Shown one piece after another: positions 39,053 through 51,654 of a stretch of DNA of 64,000 bases (position 1 is its first letter; each line of letters opens with the position of its first letter). Under the pieces are notes generated by a model. It did no database searches and was not told the origin of the DNA. It was given only the letters and a program-made list of their open reading frames with translations. A program made the translations under genes and the position numbers. The stretch is from Cycas panzhihuaensis (Eukaryota > Plantae > Cycadophyta): contig CM041465.1 of the NCBI GenBank assembly GCA_023213395.1, positions 87,613,741 through 87,677,740 on the forward strand, read 5' to 3'.

Positions 39053-40640
39053 TAGTCTAAGTATGCATATATTTTGATAAAACATTTTTATATAGAAGAT
39101 TGCAAGTCAATGGCTACACTTATGGAAGTTGGCCCTAGGACTATTGATGGCACATTGTACATGCAATTAGTGGGAAGTCTCATTTATCTTACTAATATTA
39201 GACCCGATATTAGTTATGATGCTAGTATTGTAGCTCGTTTTATGAATGCTCCATCCATCTTTCATTAGAAAGGAACTAAGTACATATTGAGGTATGTCAA
39301 AGGCACTATTAGATTTGGACTTTTATTCTTGAGAGCTGATAAGTTCAAGGTACATAGTTATATTGACTTAGGTTGGGATGGAGATGGTGATGATAAAAAA
39401 TCAATGACATAATTTTTATTTATATTTGGTTTTGGTTTGATTTCTTGGTGTTGTAAAAAGTGGACTACCATCTTATTGTCTTTTATAGAAATAGGATATA
39501 AAGTTATCGTTGCAACTGCATATGAGGCATTTTGGTTAAAGAAGTTACTTGTATATTTTAAACTTTTTCAGGATGAGCCTATACAATTATTTTGCGATAA
39601 TCAAAGTGCAATTCAATTATTAAAGAATATAATATTTCATTCTAGGATAAAGCATGTCTAGGTATATTATCATTTCATTCAAGAATAAGTGCAGAGCAAA
39701 ACAATTAAATTGCTATAATGTTTAATAAATAATCAACTTATAGATATTTTTACTAAAGTTTTAAGTCATGAGAATTTTGAAAGGTTCAAGAAGCTTTTGT
39801 TTGTTAAAGATAATAAATTATACATTGTGAGGGCATGACAAAGTAATGTGTATTTCATTAATAAAGTGTAGTATTTATAATATGCTTTATGTTGGATTAA
39901 TTAATGAGAGGATTAGTTATTCCCATATAACTTTTCCAACTCCTCAATTCTCTCCATACATCAAGGAGTGAATAAATGTTCTTTAGAAAAATTCAAACTA
40001 TATGTTTGAAGGGTGATTGCATTGGAGATTTTGAAAGAGTGTTGAGCATGTGTTATAGGTGATATAATAAAAATTATTTTTTTATCTTTTTTATTGCAAT
40101 CTCATTATTCTCATTTGCTCTTACTTCAATTTACAGTGCAGTCCTAATTTCTTTGAGAATGATAATGCTCTTTTAGTGATAATTTTTTGGTTAAATTTGG
40201 TTTACTAATTTTATATAATAAAATCTTATTATATTACATTATATTATGTTACTTTATATTATATTTTATGGTATTGCGTTATATTCTATATTATTGGTCA
40301 TAATTATGTTAATGTAAATTAATACTTTCTTAATAATTATATATTTTCTCTATTTATAAGCGTCAATGATGTGAAACTCCATTTTTTCACCATAGTTCAC
40401 ATTAATATAATAATATATCATGATAATTACTTGTGACAAATTCAATCTAGATAGATTAAAAAGAGGAAAGAAACTTGTTTTGAATTTCTACTTGATTATG
40501 CATGGAACATATTATAGCCACTTAAAAATGGTTTCATTCAATCTACATGCCATAACAACCACCTTCTACACCTTATTTTTAGTACATATTTATATTTTTT
40601 TAAAATTCTAAATTGAAAAGTTCCACAAACATATATTTAT

Positions 40641-40648
40641 TATATAAA
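40641..40648 (+). promoter_or_regulatory. Candidate TATA box for the MIR482 cluster transcript
   Basis: TATATAAA about 390 bp upstream of hairpin 1; AT-rich context makes this weak. Confidence 0.25.
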
Positions 40649-41030
40649 GAATTCCTTTACAAGTTTTTAATGTTTATCTTGTACTTTTGTAAATGTTTTT
40701 GAACACGTAGACATTTGGAGGTGAATGTGTTGAACGCACATTTAAATTTAAGGAATGGTTTAATCACATCTAGTGCTTCCTTCACCTCTAAAATCGTACC
40801 ACTCCACCGACCATACACGTTGTACATGTTTACTTTTGACAAACTAAACAAACTTAGAAACGTAAAGTCGTGGACACCCTGAATTGGTAAAAGTAATTTA
40901 AAATAAAAAACCGAGATTCCATGGAGAAAAGAGAAGGATAGGGTTACATGTGATTAGGAAAAGCAGAGGATGTCTCTAAATTCGTGGGTAGTCTTTGCAG
41001 GAGGAGAAGGGTTAAGTAGTGGGTTGTTGT

Positions 41031-41115
41031 GGCATGTGGTCTGCAGTCATGGGAAATGGGAGCAGAAGGAAGTCTTTCTTATGTCTCCCATTTCCATGGC
41101 CTTCCCCACACATCC
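41031..41115 (+). ncRNA. MIR482: MIR482/2118-family hairpin 1 (predicted 3p TCTTTCTTATGTCTCCCATTTC, 41073-41094), almost no terminal loop
   Basis: GGAAATGGGAG pairs perfectly with CTCCCATTTCC; the 3' arm and flank ..GCCTTCCCCACACATCC resemble remembered conifer MIR482 precursors; pairs to P-loop codons G-M-G-G-I-G-K using G:U. Confidence 0.7.
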
Positions 41116-41176
41116 GTTTTCAATCTGCACGCTCTGTCTTCCGTTCCGTCGGATGATTTGATGGCAGAGGGTTTCT

Positions 41177-41340
41177 GTGGATTTTGAGAAGGGATGTCTC
41201 TGTAGTCTGAGGGCTTTCTGGTTTGGGCGGAAAGGGAAAACTCAATTCAATAACTCGGTAATATCGTGAACTGAGGAATGCTAGTTTTGCCTGCACCGCC
41301 CAAGCCCGTTGCTTTCGCTACACATCCCTTTTCTTTCCAC
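41177..41340 (+). ncRNA. MIR482: MIR482/2118-family hairpin 2 (predicted 22-nt 3p TTTTGCCTGCACCGCCCAAGCC, 41285-41306; star ~41222-41242)
   Basis: Long stem GAGAAGGGATGT/ACATCCCTTTTC, GGTTTGGGCGG/CCGCCCAAGCC, AAAACT/AGTTTT; the reverse complement of the 22-mer encodes G-L-G-G-A-G-K, the NB-ARC P-loop. Confidence 0.85.
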
Positions 41341-41368
41341 ATTCACGATTCCGTTTCTCCTGTCGAAC

Positions 41369-41377
41369 AAGGTAGGA
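41369..41377 (+). other. Probable splice donor (AAG|GTAGGA) ending the hairpin-containing exon
   Basis: Consensus-like donor 31 nt after hairpin 2, followed by T-rich, non-TE, intron-like sequence. Confidence 0.5.
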
Positions 41378-44300
41378 AATATACGTCATGCTTTACTGGC
41401 TTTCGTTTTTCTCCGTACACGATAAATGTAGTTTGTTTCAGTTTGTGATCTGTGCAAGTAGAGGGGGTTCTTTTGATCTGTAGTAGATTTTCTTAGGCCA
41501 TGTCTTTTAGATCTGTAGTTGCTCTCGTTATGGGTTTAATGTGATAGACTTTTGTTAAGATTTTGTGTCATGTCTTTTATGCGGTACGTATGCCTCGTTT
41601 CAGGATGGGTAGTGTGTTTGTCATTCCAGGTTTTAGCTTTTTCCTATTTCCAGATATTTCTCTCTGCTATTTAATAGGGATTTTGTAAATTCTTATTTTT
41701 GTAGACTTAAGCGGTACACATTATCTCAGATCTTTTCGAAAATTTCTATTGTTATTTCTATTATTTCTAGAGGTTTGTTTTTCTTACGTGTATGTGCAGG
41801 TTTTTCTGGAACAATACGCTAGATATTAACCATGCTTGTGTTTGCCTTCATGCCAACAGAGCTTAACTTTGCAAGCTAGGGTTGGGCATTTTAGAGTAGG
41901 GTTTCAGTTGATCACAGGCAGTGCGTGTACAAGGTTTTTATGTGTCGAGTTGCATCTTTACTTTCGATGGTACTAGGATGTAATACTATATTGGGATTCA
42001 GGTCAAGGCTGCTAGGTTACAGTTGGATTTTCTTTTCCGAGGGTAGGGTTTCAGTTATCCCATTTAGTCGATGTATATGATTTTCATGCATTCAGCTGCA
42101 TTTAAGCACGCAGCAGTATGTGGAGTTGATTACTATATTTTATTCTTTAATTTTATTTGCAAAAATAGCAATTATTTTGTTGAGTCTAAATATTTGCTTT
42201 TAACTTTGATTTGGTTTTAGATCAATTCCTTTCTGCCAATGAGAAATTCAATCGACTTAAGAGGGAATCATTTTGGGTGTGTGTTTCTGTACATTCTGAT
42301 TTCAGCAAATACTAATTTATTAGCCTTAATCAGAAGTTGCTAACAAGGGATTGAGATTAGCGGATTGCTTTTCAGTAAGTCTGTTGAACTGTTCAAGCAA
42401 TCGATCATCTATAACACGTAACACATACCTAAAAATGCCTCACATACCTAAAAATACATCATGGTTTGTTGCATATGAAATTTTCTGTTATGTGAAATTT
42501 GTACAGAAGAGTGTTCCTCTTGGGAAACGTATGTTGCATTTGCTGCCTCGATGGATGAACATAGCCATTTATCTTATGGCAGCTGCCCCAAGGCTAGAGA
42601 ATTTTGATAGGGGATAAACTTTTGTATGCCAAAGGAATGAGTCCTGCTTCTTTTGTGGCAAGTGTTTGATTAGCGAGTCCATATATTGTGGTATTTTCCA
42701 TTGTGTGTAGAGTGCATGGAAGACTTTGGTATTCTGTACAGGTCTGAGTTGGGTCGTTGTGCACCTTTACAAATATGCTAGTGCCAGCTAGGTTTCTGAG
42801 AAAAGTGGATCTCCTATTGTCTGGCACAAAAGTTGGCTGTTATGTATCAGGGTTTTATCCATGGTAAACTTTGAAAGTATTTATTTCTTGTGATCATGCC
42901 TATAGAATCATGATGAAGTTCAAGAATACAGAAATCAATGTCTTATGTTTAGGCTCTTAGAGGGAGTTCATTTGCATCTCATTGATACATTTAGCTTGAA
43001 GAAATGATGGATCAGTAAGCTAAATCAAGACAAATGTAACTTGCAAAGGGAGAAGGCATAAGTTTTGAAACTGTTAACCATTACTTTTTAATCGGTTGTG
43101 CAATTCAACATCTATCCTAGATCTCTTAGAGACCAGCCAAATAGGGCAGAAAGATGTAATTATAAAGAGTCTTTTTCAAAAGTAAAATGTGTTTTAATTA
43201 AAAAATTTTATATTAAATATTTTGTGGACCTTAAAATTTGTTGTCATGTTGGTTATTATGAAGTTTTGAGTTTGAAATGTTTAATGTTAAATTTTTTGAT
43301 GTGCTTTGTAATTGTAGAAGAATTGCTGGACTACTTCACTTTGGTAATAGTCCAAATGTTTTTATTGATTTATTTGTGGAGGAGGTTTTTGAGCATACAT
43401 TACAATTGGATTATTTGATGTTTTAATTATTAGTTTTGCCTCACTATATTTGTTCCTAATTTGAAATTGCTGTGATATAGAAGATAAAGTCATATCCATC
43501 AATGTTCTAATAAAATGCCATAAATAAAATATATATGATTTGCCTAGTCAAAAGCTTTGATACAGATTTAAGTATGTAATTTCAATGTGGTATAACATCA
43601 TTTAATAGGCATTATAACAAATGGAAGTGTGCAATGACTCCTTGTAGCATAACATGGTATTTAAGCAAATGAAAATGTACAATTATTGGCACTAGATTTT
43701 GATAAAGATGAATGGTTGAATGTCGAAGATGATATGGGATCAACTTGTTCATTTTCTCCTTTTGAAAAGTCTAAGGGAGGGAGGGTTGAGAGGTTTAGTG
43801 ATGGACTCTTTATTGCAAAATTCTGATGCTTCAAAGTATGGACCCTTTTCCATCTCTATATGAAGAGTGGGGTATATCCATTTTCTTTGCTAATGTGTTT
43901 TGAAATATTTCTTTGGTTGGTGGATAGAAAGTATATTATGATTTAAACCCCTTCTTTGTTTTGTTTTTTCTAAAAATGTCATCTCTTTCTTTAGTAAATA
44001 TTGTAGCCCAACATTTTCATCACTTTGGTTTAGGTGTTGGGGGCGCTCCTTTGAGAATTTGTAATTTAATTTGCTTAACTTGAGGTTGGGCTAGTGATTT
44101 CTATGTAGTCATGGAGTATATGGAGTAAACTTGTTCTCTTCTAAATTTCCCAACGACCTTGAAGATAGTAGAAGATATAGAGTATAGTAACACTTTGTGT
44201 TGGAAGGGGTGTTTTTTAATTAAGCATGGGAAAAGTAGCATTTTTTGGTATTTTTAAAAGTTACTTTGGTAATGCTTATTGGGTTATATTATTTGGGTGT

Positions 44301-45326
44301 TATGATAAAGTCTTGCTTTTTAAAGGATAGGCCTGAAAAAATATTCCTTCATATCAAGGAATAAATTGTAATATAAAAATTGGTAATAGAAATAGATGAG
44401 GTATTTATTGTCTTTTGACTACTTGTAACCATTTGACCATTTTCTTTGCTATTACATTTTACAATGTTGGTGATGATTAGTGATTGAGTGGTATATGGTA
44501 ATACCTTGCCTTGGCAAGGCTCTAAGGTCGAATAAATTTTGTGTTAAAGAAAAATTCTGAGAATCATAAGAGTTGTAAAATAAAATGGAAGTTGTTGGGT
44601 GTTTGAATTTAATTTGAACATGGATATAAAAAATTTAATCTTTGATAAAGGTTTTTTTTTTTTTTGTTGATATATCTCTTAATCAAGGAAGATAAAACCA
44701 ATTGTAAGGTTTGAAAAAAGGGAATAAAATGTTTGAAATTGCATTAGTTGATAATTTACTAGATATGATCTTTTTATTTTGCTAGATATGAATTTTATTA
44801 CTGATGTTTAGGGACAAAGGGAATTAGGTTCATAAATGTTATGAGGATATAATAGGTTGTGAATTTAGATCGAAGTGTGTGCTTTATTAGGATCAAAAGT
44901 AATAAATACATATTAAATATGAAGTGAGAGTTTAGAGCATTTTAGGCGATAGTCTTTTTTTAGTTTGGTTATGGTTTATTAGAATACCAAAATTGGTATA
45001 ATGCAACTCTTTCTCATTAATAAAAATTGTGTTGTGGGTTAGGAAGATTAACAAGTGATCAATTAGAGCAAGTATTAAAAGGTGATAAATATTATGAAGC
45101 TAGTTGAGAGTGTTGGAACATATGTTTCATAAAGCATTGACTTTGGTGTTGTTTTCTATGATGGCACAAGCATGTCTTGGAAGTAGTGTTATTTATGACT
45201 TTAAAATTTGTATTATTTCATCAAAAAGGTGTCATGAGTTGTGCAAAATTTGAATAGTATATTTCATTTTGTTAGTAGGTGCATAGGAATATTTGGGCTA
45301 ATTAGAGAAAATTTGGTAAGATTTCT

Positions 45327-45330
<4 letters not shown>

Positions 45331-45367
<37 letters not shown>
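45331..45367. repeat. (TA)n microsatellite at the left edge of viral copy 2
   Basis: Direct read. Confidence 0.95.
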
Positions 45368-45369
<2 letters not shown>

Positions 45370-45567
45370 TGTTTTGGGGGTGGGGGTGTAACCAATGATA
45401 TAATATAAAGGCATATGCGAGAAAACCATTAAGAATTACTTGGCACAGGGACTTGTGTCCTTCTCAAACCATGGGCCATAGTGCGTAAAAATGTTTAGGA
45501 TTAATGTTTAGTTGACATGTTGATTAAGAGGCCTACTTTGGCATTAATAACAAAAATATGGACACTT

Positions 45568-45579
45568 TGGTATTAGAGT
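45568..45579 (+). other. tRNA-Met primer binding site (degenerate) of the viral-like element
   Basis: TGGTATTAGAGT differs from TGGTATCAGAGC by two C->T changes and lies just upstream of the coding remnants. Confidence 0.6.
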
Positions 45580-46111
45580 TGCTCTTTTGTTTTTGAGGAG
45601 AGGTTGCATGTTGAGTTTTATCAAGTAGCAATATAATTGATTTGCCACATACATTCTATTAGTATTGAAAAAATATATATTCTTACCAAAGAAGATAGCT
45701 TGCTTGAGTGGAATCCACTTGCTCTCATAAAAAGTAGTGTATGTAGATTTTGTTTTAATTTTGTAGTCTTGCTTTTAAGTAAAAGAAGATAAAAAGCATT
45801 TAAAAGTAAGGGAAGGTGTTCAAATATCTCTATTAGAATTATTTTCTATGGCAAAAATTAAAGCTTTGAAGTCCTTTGAAAAAGTGAAAACGACATTATT
45901 CATTTGTAAAAATTCTAAGTTGGAGATGCTAGTAAGTGCAACAATTAGGGGATATTTTGCAAGTTATAAATGAGGCATTATCAAATTCTATGCCATTCCC
46001 CTTAAGTGATTTTTTAATTTGGTGAGAATGTACACAAACTGTTCTTTTCGAAAAGTATAGGGATATGTTGAAAATGTTTAAGCGTCTCTTAAGAAAAAAC
46101 AAAAGAAAATT

Positions 46112-49100
46112 ATTATTATTACTTTTTAAGTAAAAAGGGATATCATTAAATCAAGAAATCAAATTTAATACAATTGGATGGAGTGTCCATTGGGTCATAA
46201 ATATTTGATAACTCGGTCTTTTACACGTAACATATTAAAAATAACAACATTCATATGAAAGTGTTTCTTTAGTATTTTATGGAGAGGAGTAAAACAAGGA
46301 TTGTGAGACAACCATAAGAGAATTTCTTTCTTTGTACAATTAAAGGTGTTCAACAAATGCATTATATTTTAGAAATAGGTTATGGTATAAGTTTTTTGGA
46401 TTTCATGAATAATAGTTTTAAAGAGTAGGAGTTAGAGATTTGTCAAATGACGACGATTAACAAACTAAGTGTGAATTGTTCAACTTCTTTTGATTAGTTA
46501 AGAATGAAGAGGTAAGTAGCCATTTTGGATTTTAGTAAAATCTTGACCTAGATCAAAAATTTTGAAAGGAGTGTACGATATGTTCTGGAGTGGAGGGCAA
46601 TGCTACCAAATATGGTCGAAATGATTATCCTGAGCACCACAAATTGGGTAAGAAGGTTTACGACAAATATTTCATCGGTCTCAAGTGTCTTGGAAAATGA
46701 AGGACTTGTACAAAATTCTCCAATGGAGCACATTGTGTTTGGTTAAATTTGTTCTATCAAATCCACCCCCATTAGGGTTGGAGTTGAACATGATGATTTT
46801 GCTAACTGTGAATCATGTAGTGAATGCTGTGGGTTTGAAAACTCAACCCATGGAAAAGAAATTGTAATATTTCTCCCTCCCTAAGTTCATTGTAGGGTCC
46901 ATTCGCAGTAGGAAGAAATGGAGTCTATCGGCCATCTTGAGGTGAAAAGGTTTAGGATGAGAGTTAATCCCAATCTTTCTAACGAAGTGTATCAAAATTG
47001 TAGAATTGACCAATGACATGCCAATTATGAGAGTTGAAAAATTGAGCTAACAGTGCGAACTCCTCTTGATTGATTAGCAGGAGAAAACTTGGGGGTAGCC
47101 ATTTGTGGATTCAAAAGTCGACTTGAAGACTTGGTGAGCCTTGTGAGTATATGGTATTATAGTGAAGATTATTTCAAGCTCTGACCATATGATTCCAAAT
47201 ATTGGAGCCTCTGTTTAGGTAGTTAGGAGTCACTAGTTGTTTAGCACTATGAGAGACAATCTTTCTTTTTGATAATGCAGCCCCATTTATCATTTTCTCT
47301 AGTCCAGAGATCCCAAAATCGCTTGGCCCCTCTAACTTATACCATAATAAAAAGGTCTTTGAAACCTAAACCATCTTGCCCCTTATGATCTAACACTGTG
47401 CTCCACTTCATTGGGTAAAGCAACTTTGTTTTAGTTGACCAGGGTTCCAAAGGAATCTCGTAAACAAGCTTTAGATTGTAAAGAGGATTGTTTTGGGCGG
47501 CTTTAATAATAGACATCAAGTAATTAGGCATTTGGGTCAAGGTTGATTTTATTGGACTCTGTCAACTTGCTAGATGAAGAGATCTAGTTGGCCATGAGTC
47601 CAGCTTGTTCTTGATTTTCAAAATGTGAGGACGTCAATCAACAATGTTTACTCCAGAAAGGCTTAGAGGAATGCCCAAGTATTTGAAGATAGTGGGTCTA
47701 GAAACAATTGGGATTCTAAGGATTGTCGCCAAGGTGGATTAAGTCTCTGTATCTATTTTAGTGAAGATGATATTGCATTTACTATGATTGATCGTCATCC
47801 TTGTTGCGAGGCCAAAAAAATTGAGGGCTTGGCACTAGAAGTTGCTTTCTAAATACGAGGGTTGGTCCAACAAAATGGTATCATCTATAAAGATTTGGTG
47901 CGTTGTGCCTTCTATTGCATGAATTGAAACCCCTTGGAGAAGATTCACTAATTGAAGCCATTCTAATAAGAAAGAGAGACCATCTATGTCGATAACAAAT
48001 AGATAAGGAGATAAAGAGCAGCCTTGAGGAATTCCTCTACTTGTATAGATAAGGCAATCAGGTGAACCATTGATTTTAATCGCTATTAAAATTGAAGAAA
48101 GCATGGCTTTGATTTAGCTAATATGGTTTATTTGTAAGTTCTTTCGAAGGAGAATGACAAGGAGAAAGTCCCATTTCATTGTATCATAAGTTTTGTTAAG
48201 ATCCAATTTAAGCAAAGCTACTTGTTGCCTTTTTGTGTGTATAGTATGAAGAGCCTTAGCAATTACAGTAACGTTGTTTGCTATGCATCAACCTTTGATG
48301 AAAGCAATTTGATTTTCATTGACAAGTTGATTAAGGAAAATTTTGAATCGATTGGCTAGGAATTCGACTATTATTTTATATGAGGTGTTGCAGAGACTAA
48401 TGGGTCTGCATTGGTGAATGGTTGAAGGAGTACCATTTTTTGGAATTAAGGAGACCATAGTCATGTTGGTAGTTGGATGCATCTTGTTGGTGTTGCAAAC
48501 CTCTTCTGCAATATCTACTATAAGTTGAGGCATCTCATCAAAATCAATAGCCAGTGGGAGCTTGACAAGCATTCCATCTAGGCCAGGGGATTTGACAAGA
48601 GGGACGTTTGTCATAATTTTATGGATTTCCTCATTGGTGATCGGTTTACTGAGATAATCATTGAGATTCTTGTGGTAGTCCTCAGGGATAAGATTCACTT
48701 TAGAGAGGATGATTTGTGTGGCTTGGGCCTTAACAGAGAGAAGCCTTGAGTAGTCCACAATCTATCACAATGAAGAAAGATCTCTTTTCAAATTTTGTGA
48801 CAAGGATATGTGATTTCCTTAGGAGAGACTTGCAAGCACTTAAGAGTCCGTTGATGATGCATGGTTTTAGTATAGTGATTAAAGAATTTTAAGTTCTAAT
48901 CAGTATGAAGTTTTTATTAGATATTGGACCATTCTTTCCATTTTTTTGCTTCTTGTTTCTACATTAGGAGAAGTTGGCTATTTAGATCATAGAGTTTGGA
49001 TCAGAGTTCTAGAGAGCCTTTGCCTTCTTCAAATTCCTGTTGCATAAAGTGAAGGGCAAGCAACATGGATTCTCTTCATTTTTTGAACTGATATTTGTGT

Positions 49101-51654
49101 TCTTTGCCAAATTGCTTGATGCATGATTTGAGGCCTTTCATAATCATTGTCCATCGAGCATCATGATTGGCTACATGGTTTGAACCATTGTACAAAATAG
49201 CATGCCATTGTTGGGGTGTGTTTCTAAAGTCCTCAATTTTAAGTAAGCTTATGTTAAATATGAAAACTGTCTTCTATGTAGTAGATGTATTGGCCACAAT
49301 GGGAAGTTGGATCTTGATAGGAATGTGGTCAGAAATCATAGCCGCATTTATTGAGATATATTGGTACTAAGCAATGAGAGGGTCGAGGGAATTTGAAATA
49401 TAGGCTCTATTCAGCGTTCTAGCTATGAGGCTACTTCTTTGTTGATTTTTGGACCATGTAAAATTTAAAGGCCCCTTCGAAGGGAGTTTAGGAAGACCAA
49501 ATGTATCTTTAAGGTTGGAAAAGATTGAATTAACTTTTTGATAAGGCCTTTTGAATTTATTGCCTATCTTGTCAGAGGTAGATTCCACAAAACTAAAGTC
49601 CCTTAAAAGTAGGATGTGGTCGTGGTCTATCTGATTGTTATTTAGAACACTTGTCAGAACTTGCCATAAATCGTGTCTAATATAGATGTCAATGGAGGCA
49701 TATACCCTGACAACCTAATAAACAAATTGCTCCTCTATTTTCAAATATAGCCAATCTTGAAATGGTTTTATGATATAGTAAAGCATCTCCCATTGGTTAT
49801 TCCATAGAATACAGAGGCTTTCGGTAGGTTGATTTGAAAGAATTACTTTCTATTGAGCTAAAGGAAATATATTGCAGATTGTGCGTTGCATGCCACTTTT
49901 AGAAACGATACGAGTTTCTGTCAGAACCATAAAATGGGGTTGATGTTGACAAACTATACGTTTTAGCTTAATGCGTTTATGAAAATGGGGTCGACCAATT
50001 CCCTAATGTTCTAGGCCATTGCTGAAATGTTATTTTTGTCCATTGGGTTAGGAGGAAGTGGTACGGGCTAGAGATTTAAGCCAGGTACAATGTGGATTTT
50101 CTTCATCGTTGGGCAAATGATGTTGTAGTTGAATGTTATTCACATTAAAAGATCTTAACCATTGAGTTTCTAAGACGTGATTTGGGGAGTCTGCTTCATA
50201 TGCATATCGACCGGGTTATCTTATTGGTGCACTGAAATAGGCGCAATGGTGACTTCAGATGTTTGCCTTTGGATCAATATAGTAGTCTTCAACCTTTTCT
50301 TAAGTTGATCTCTAGAATCATTGAACTCTCGCTGATGAGGTTGAGTGCTTGTGAGGTGACCTTTGCCTTTGTATCTTAATCGATTATTGACAAGTGCCTG
50401 TGTATCATCTTCTCTTGCCTAGGATGAAGTCATATGTTGTTGATGATTGGTTGTATCTATGTGGACTTGCGGAAATACACCATTGATATTAGGATTGTTC
50501 CCTGCTAGCTGCTGCTTCTTTCTATTGGCCTCATTGGTAGTTGGTTGGGTAGGGGGCATTTGGTCCGAAATGATTTCATCTCTCTAGGGGTATAATTGGG
50601 GGAGGCTTGAAATAGAGGACAAATTTTTTGCGTGTGCCAAATGTTATGGCATGCGGTGCATCTAAAAGGGACTCTTTCATATTCTAGATTAATTTTGGTT
50701 GACTTGTTTGCAACTTTGATAACTAGGTGTTCCTTAAGCAATTTAGTCATATCTAGCTCGATATACACTTTTGTCACTCTTCCGGTAGTGTGCTCTAAAG
50801 TGTTCAAGTTCAACTTGATGACCTTGCCCAATATGAGGCTGATTTTGATGAGACATTCCTGTTCTCTAAATTCATCGGGCTGAAATGGTAATTGAACCTA
50901 GACAAGGATTTTTAGGGGCCCTGGGTTGCTTGGGTCAAACATTGGAGACTAACACTGAAGAGCTAGACTTGAGTTGCATATGAAGAGAAAGAAATTATAA
51001 ACTTCGTTGAAGAGGTTGTTTTGTTGGTTAACTAACAAGTCAAGCTGTGCATGTTTCTTTCGTAGGTGACCTTAAAGAGATTTGGAAGCCCAAATCGATT
51101 GAGGCCTCAAATCTTGCCTACTATTATGTGCAGGTGCTACATCTTGCTCCATTGGGTCCAAAGGACTAATAAAAAGTTGAAAATAATTCCATGAACTACT
51201 AAAGATGAGGATTAAAACAGAATGACAATTGCATACCTCCTAGCCAAGAGCCACTATTCTAGATCAACAAGAAAAAAGTCACGTGCAATTGCATGTTGCA
51301 TGCAACAACATGCAATCACATGCAAACCTGGGAGCAATGGATGGAGTATACTAGAAACTGTATCGCCCTAGATCTACTATGTTCCTCTATTTTTGGATAA
51401 TACTTGATGATGAGGAATTAGGCACCACCTGTAGAAGGATTGAATCATGCTCATTGTGAGGATGGACCTCCCACGCCCTTTCTGAAGCTACCTGAACCAG
51501 AAAATAATAGGAAGAGGGTTGCTTAACAACGCTTCTTTGTGCCCAACGGGGAGCTTGTGGGAGAATGGGCGCCACTGTGAGGGTGCGATGGCAGTTGGAT
51601 TGAGTTAGGGACCCTAATAGGGTTTCATCGCCTCTCTATCAATGCAGTTGCTTC
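46112..51654 (-). mobile_element. Degraded near-full-length L1-clade LINE inserted in viral copy 2
   Basis: TSD AGAAAATT (46104-46111 / 51655-51662), (TAA)n tail; ORF1 knuckle CTACHNIWHTQKIC (50505-50831); RT KSPGLDG, RPISLCNTSYKI, QGCSLSPYLF, HQIFIDD; empty site in copy 1 at ~295. Confidence 0.88.

Larger units (their letters stand above)
15287..40158 (+). mobile_element. Ty1/copia element A (degraded), host of three nested insertions
   Basis: LTRs 15287-15608 and 39836-40158, perfect TSD ATGAT (15282-15286 / 40159-40163); gag knuckle CTYCKKVGHFEKNC (~23890), integrase LELVHSDLCGP (~24595), RT at ~31900-32640 and 39053-39300, RNase H CDNQSAI (~39595). Confidence 0.9.

Noticed and set aside
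40970-41161. 63-aa ORF overlapping MIR482 hairpin 1 (possible miPEP)
   Set aside because: No recognisable homology; it runs through the hairpin and there is no evidence of translation.
42351-43418. Short ORFs in the intron-like region
   Set aside because: Non-ATG or low-complexity frames with no domain signal; a box C-like ATGATGA near 42910 has no convincing box D.
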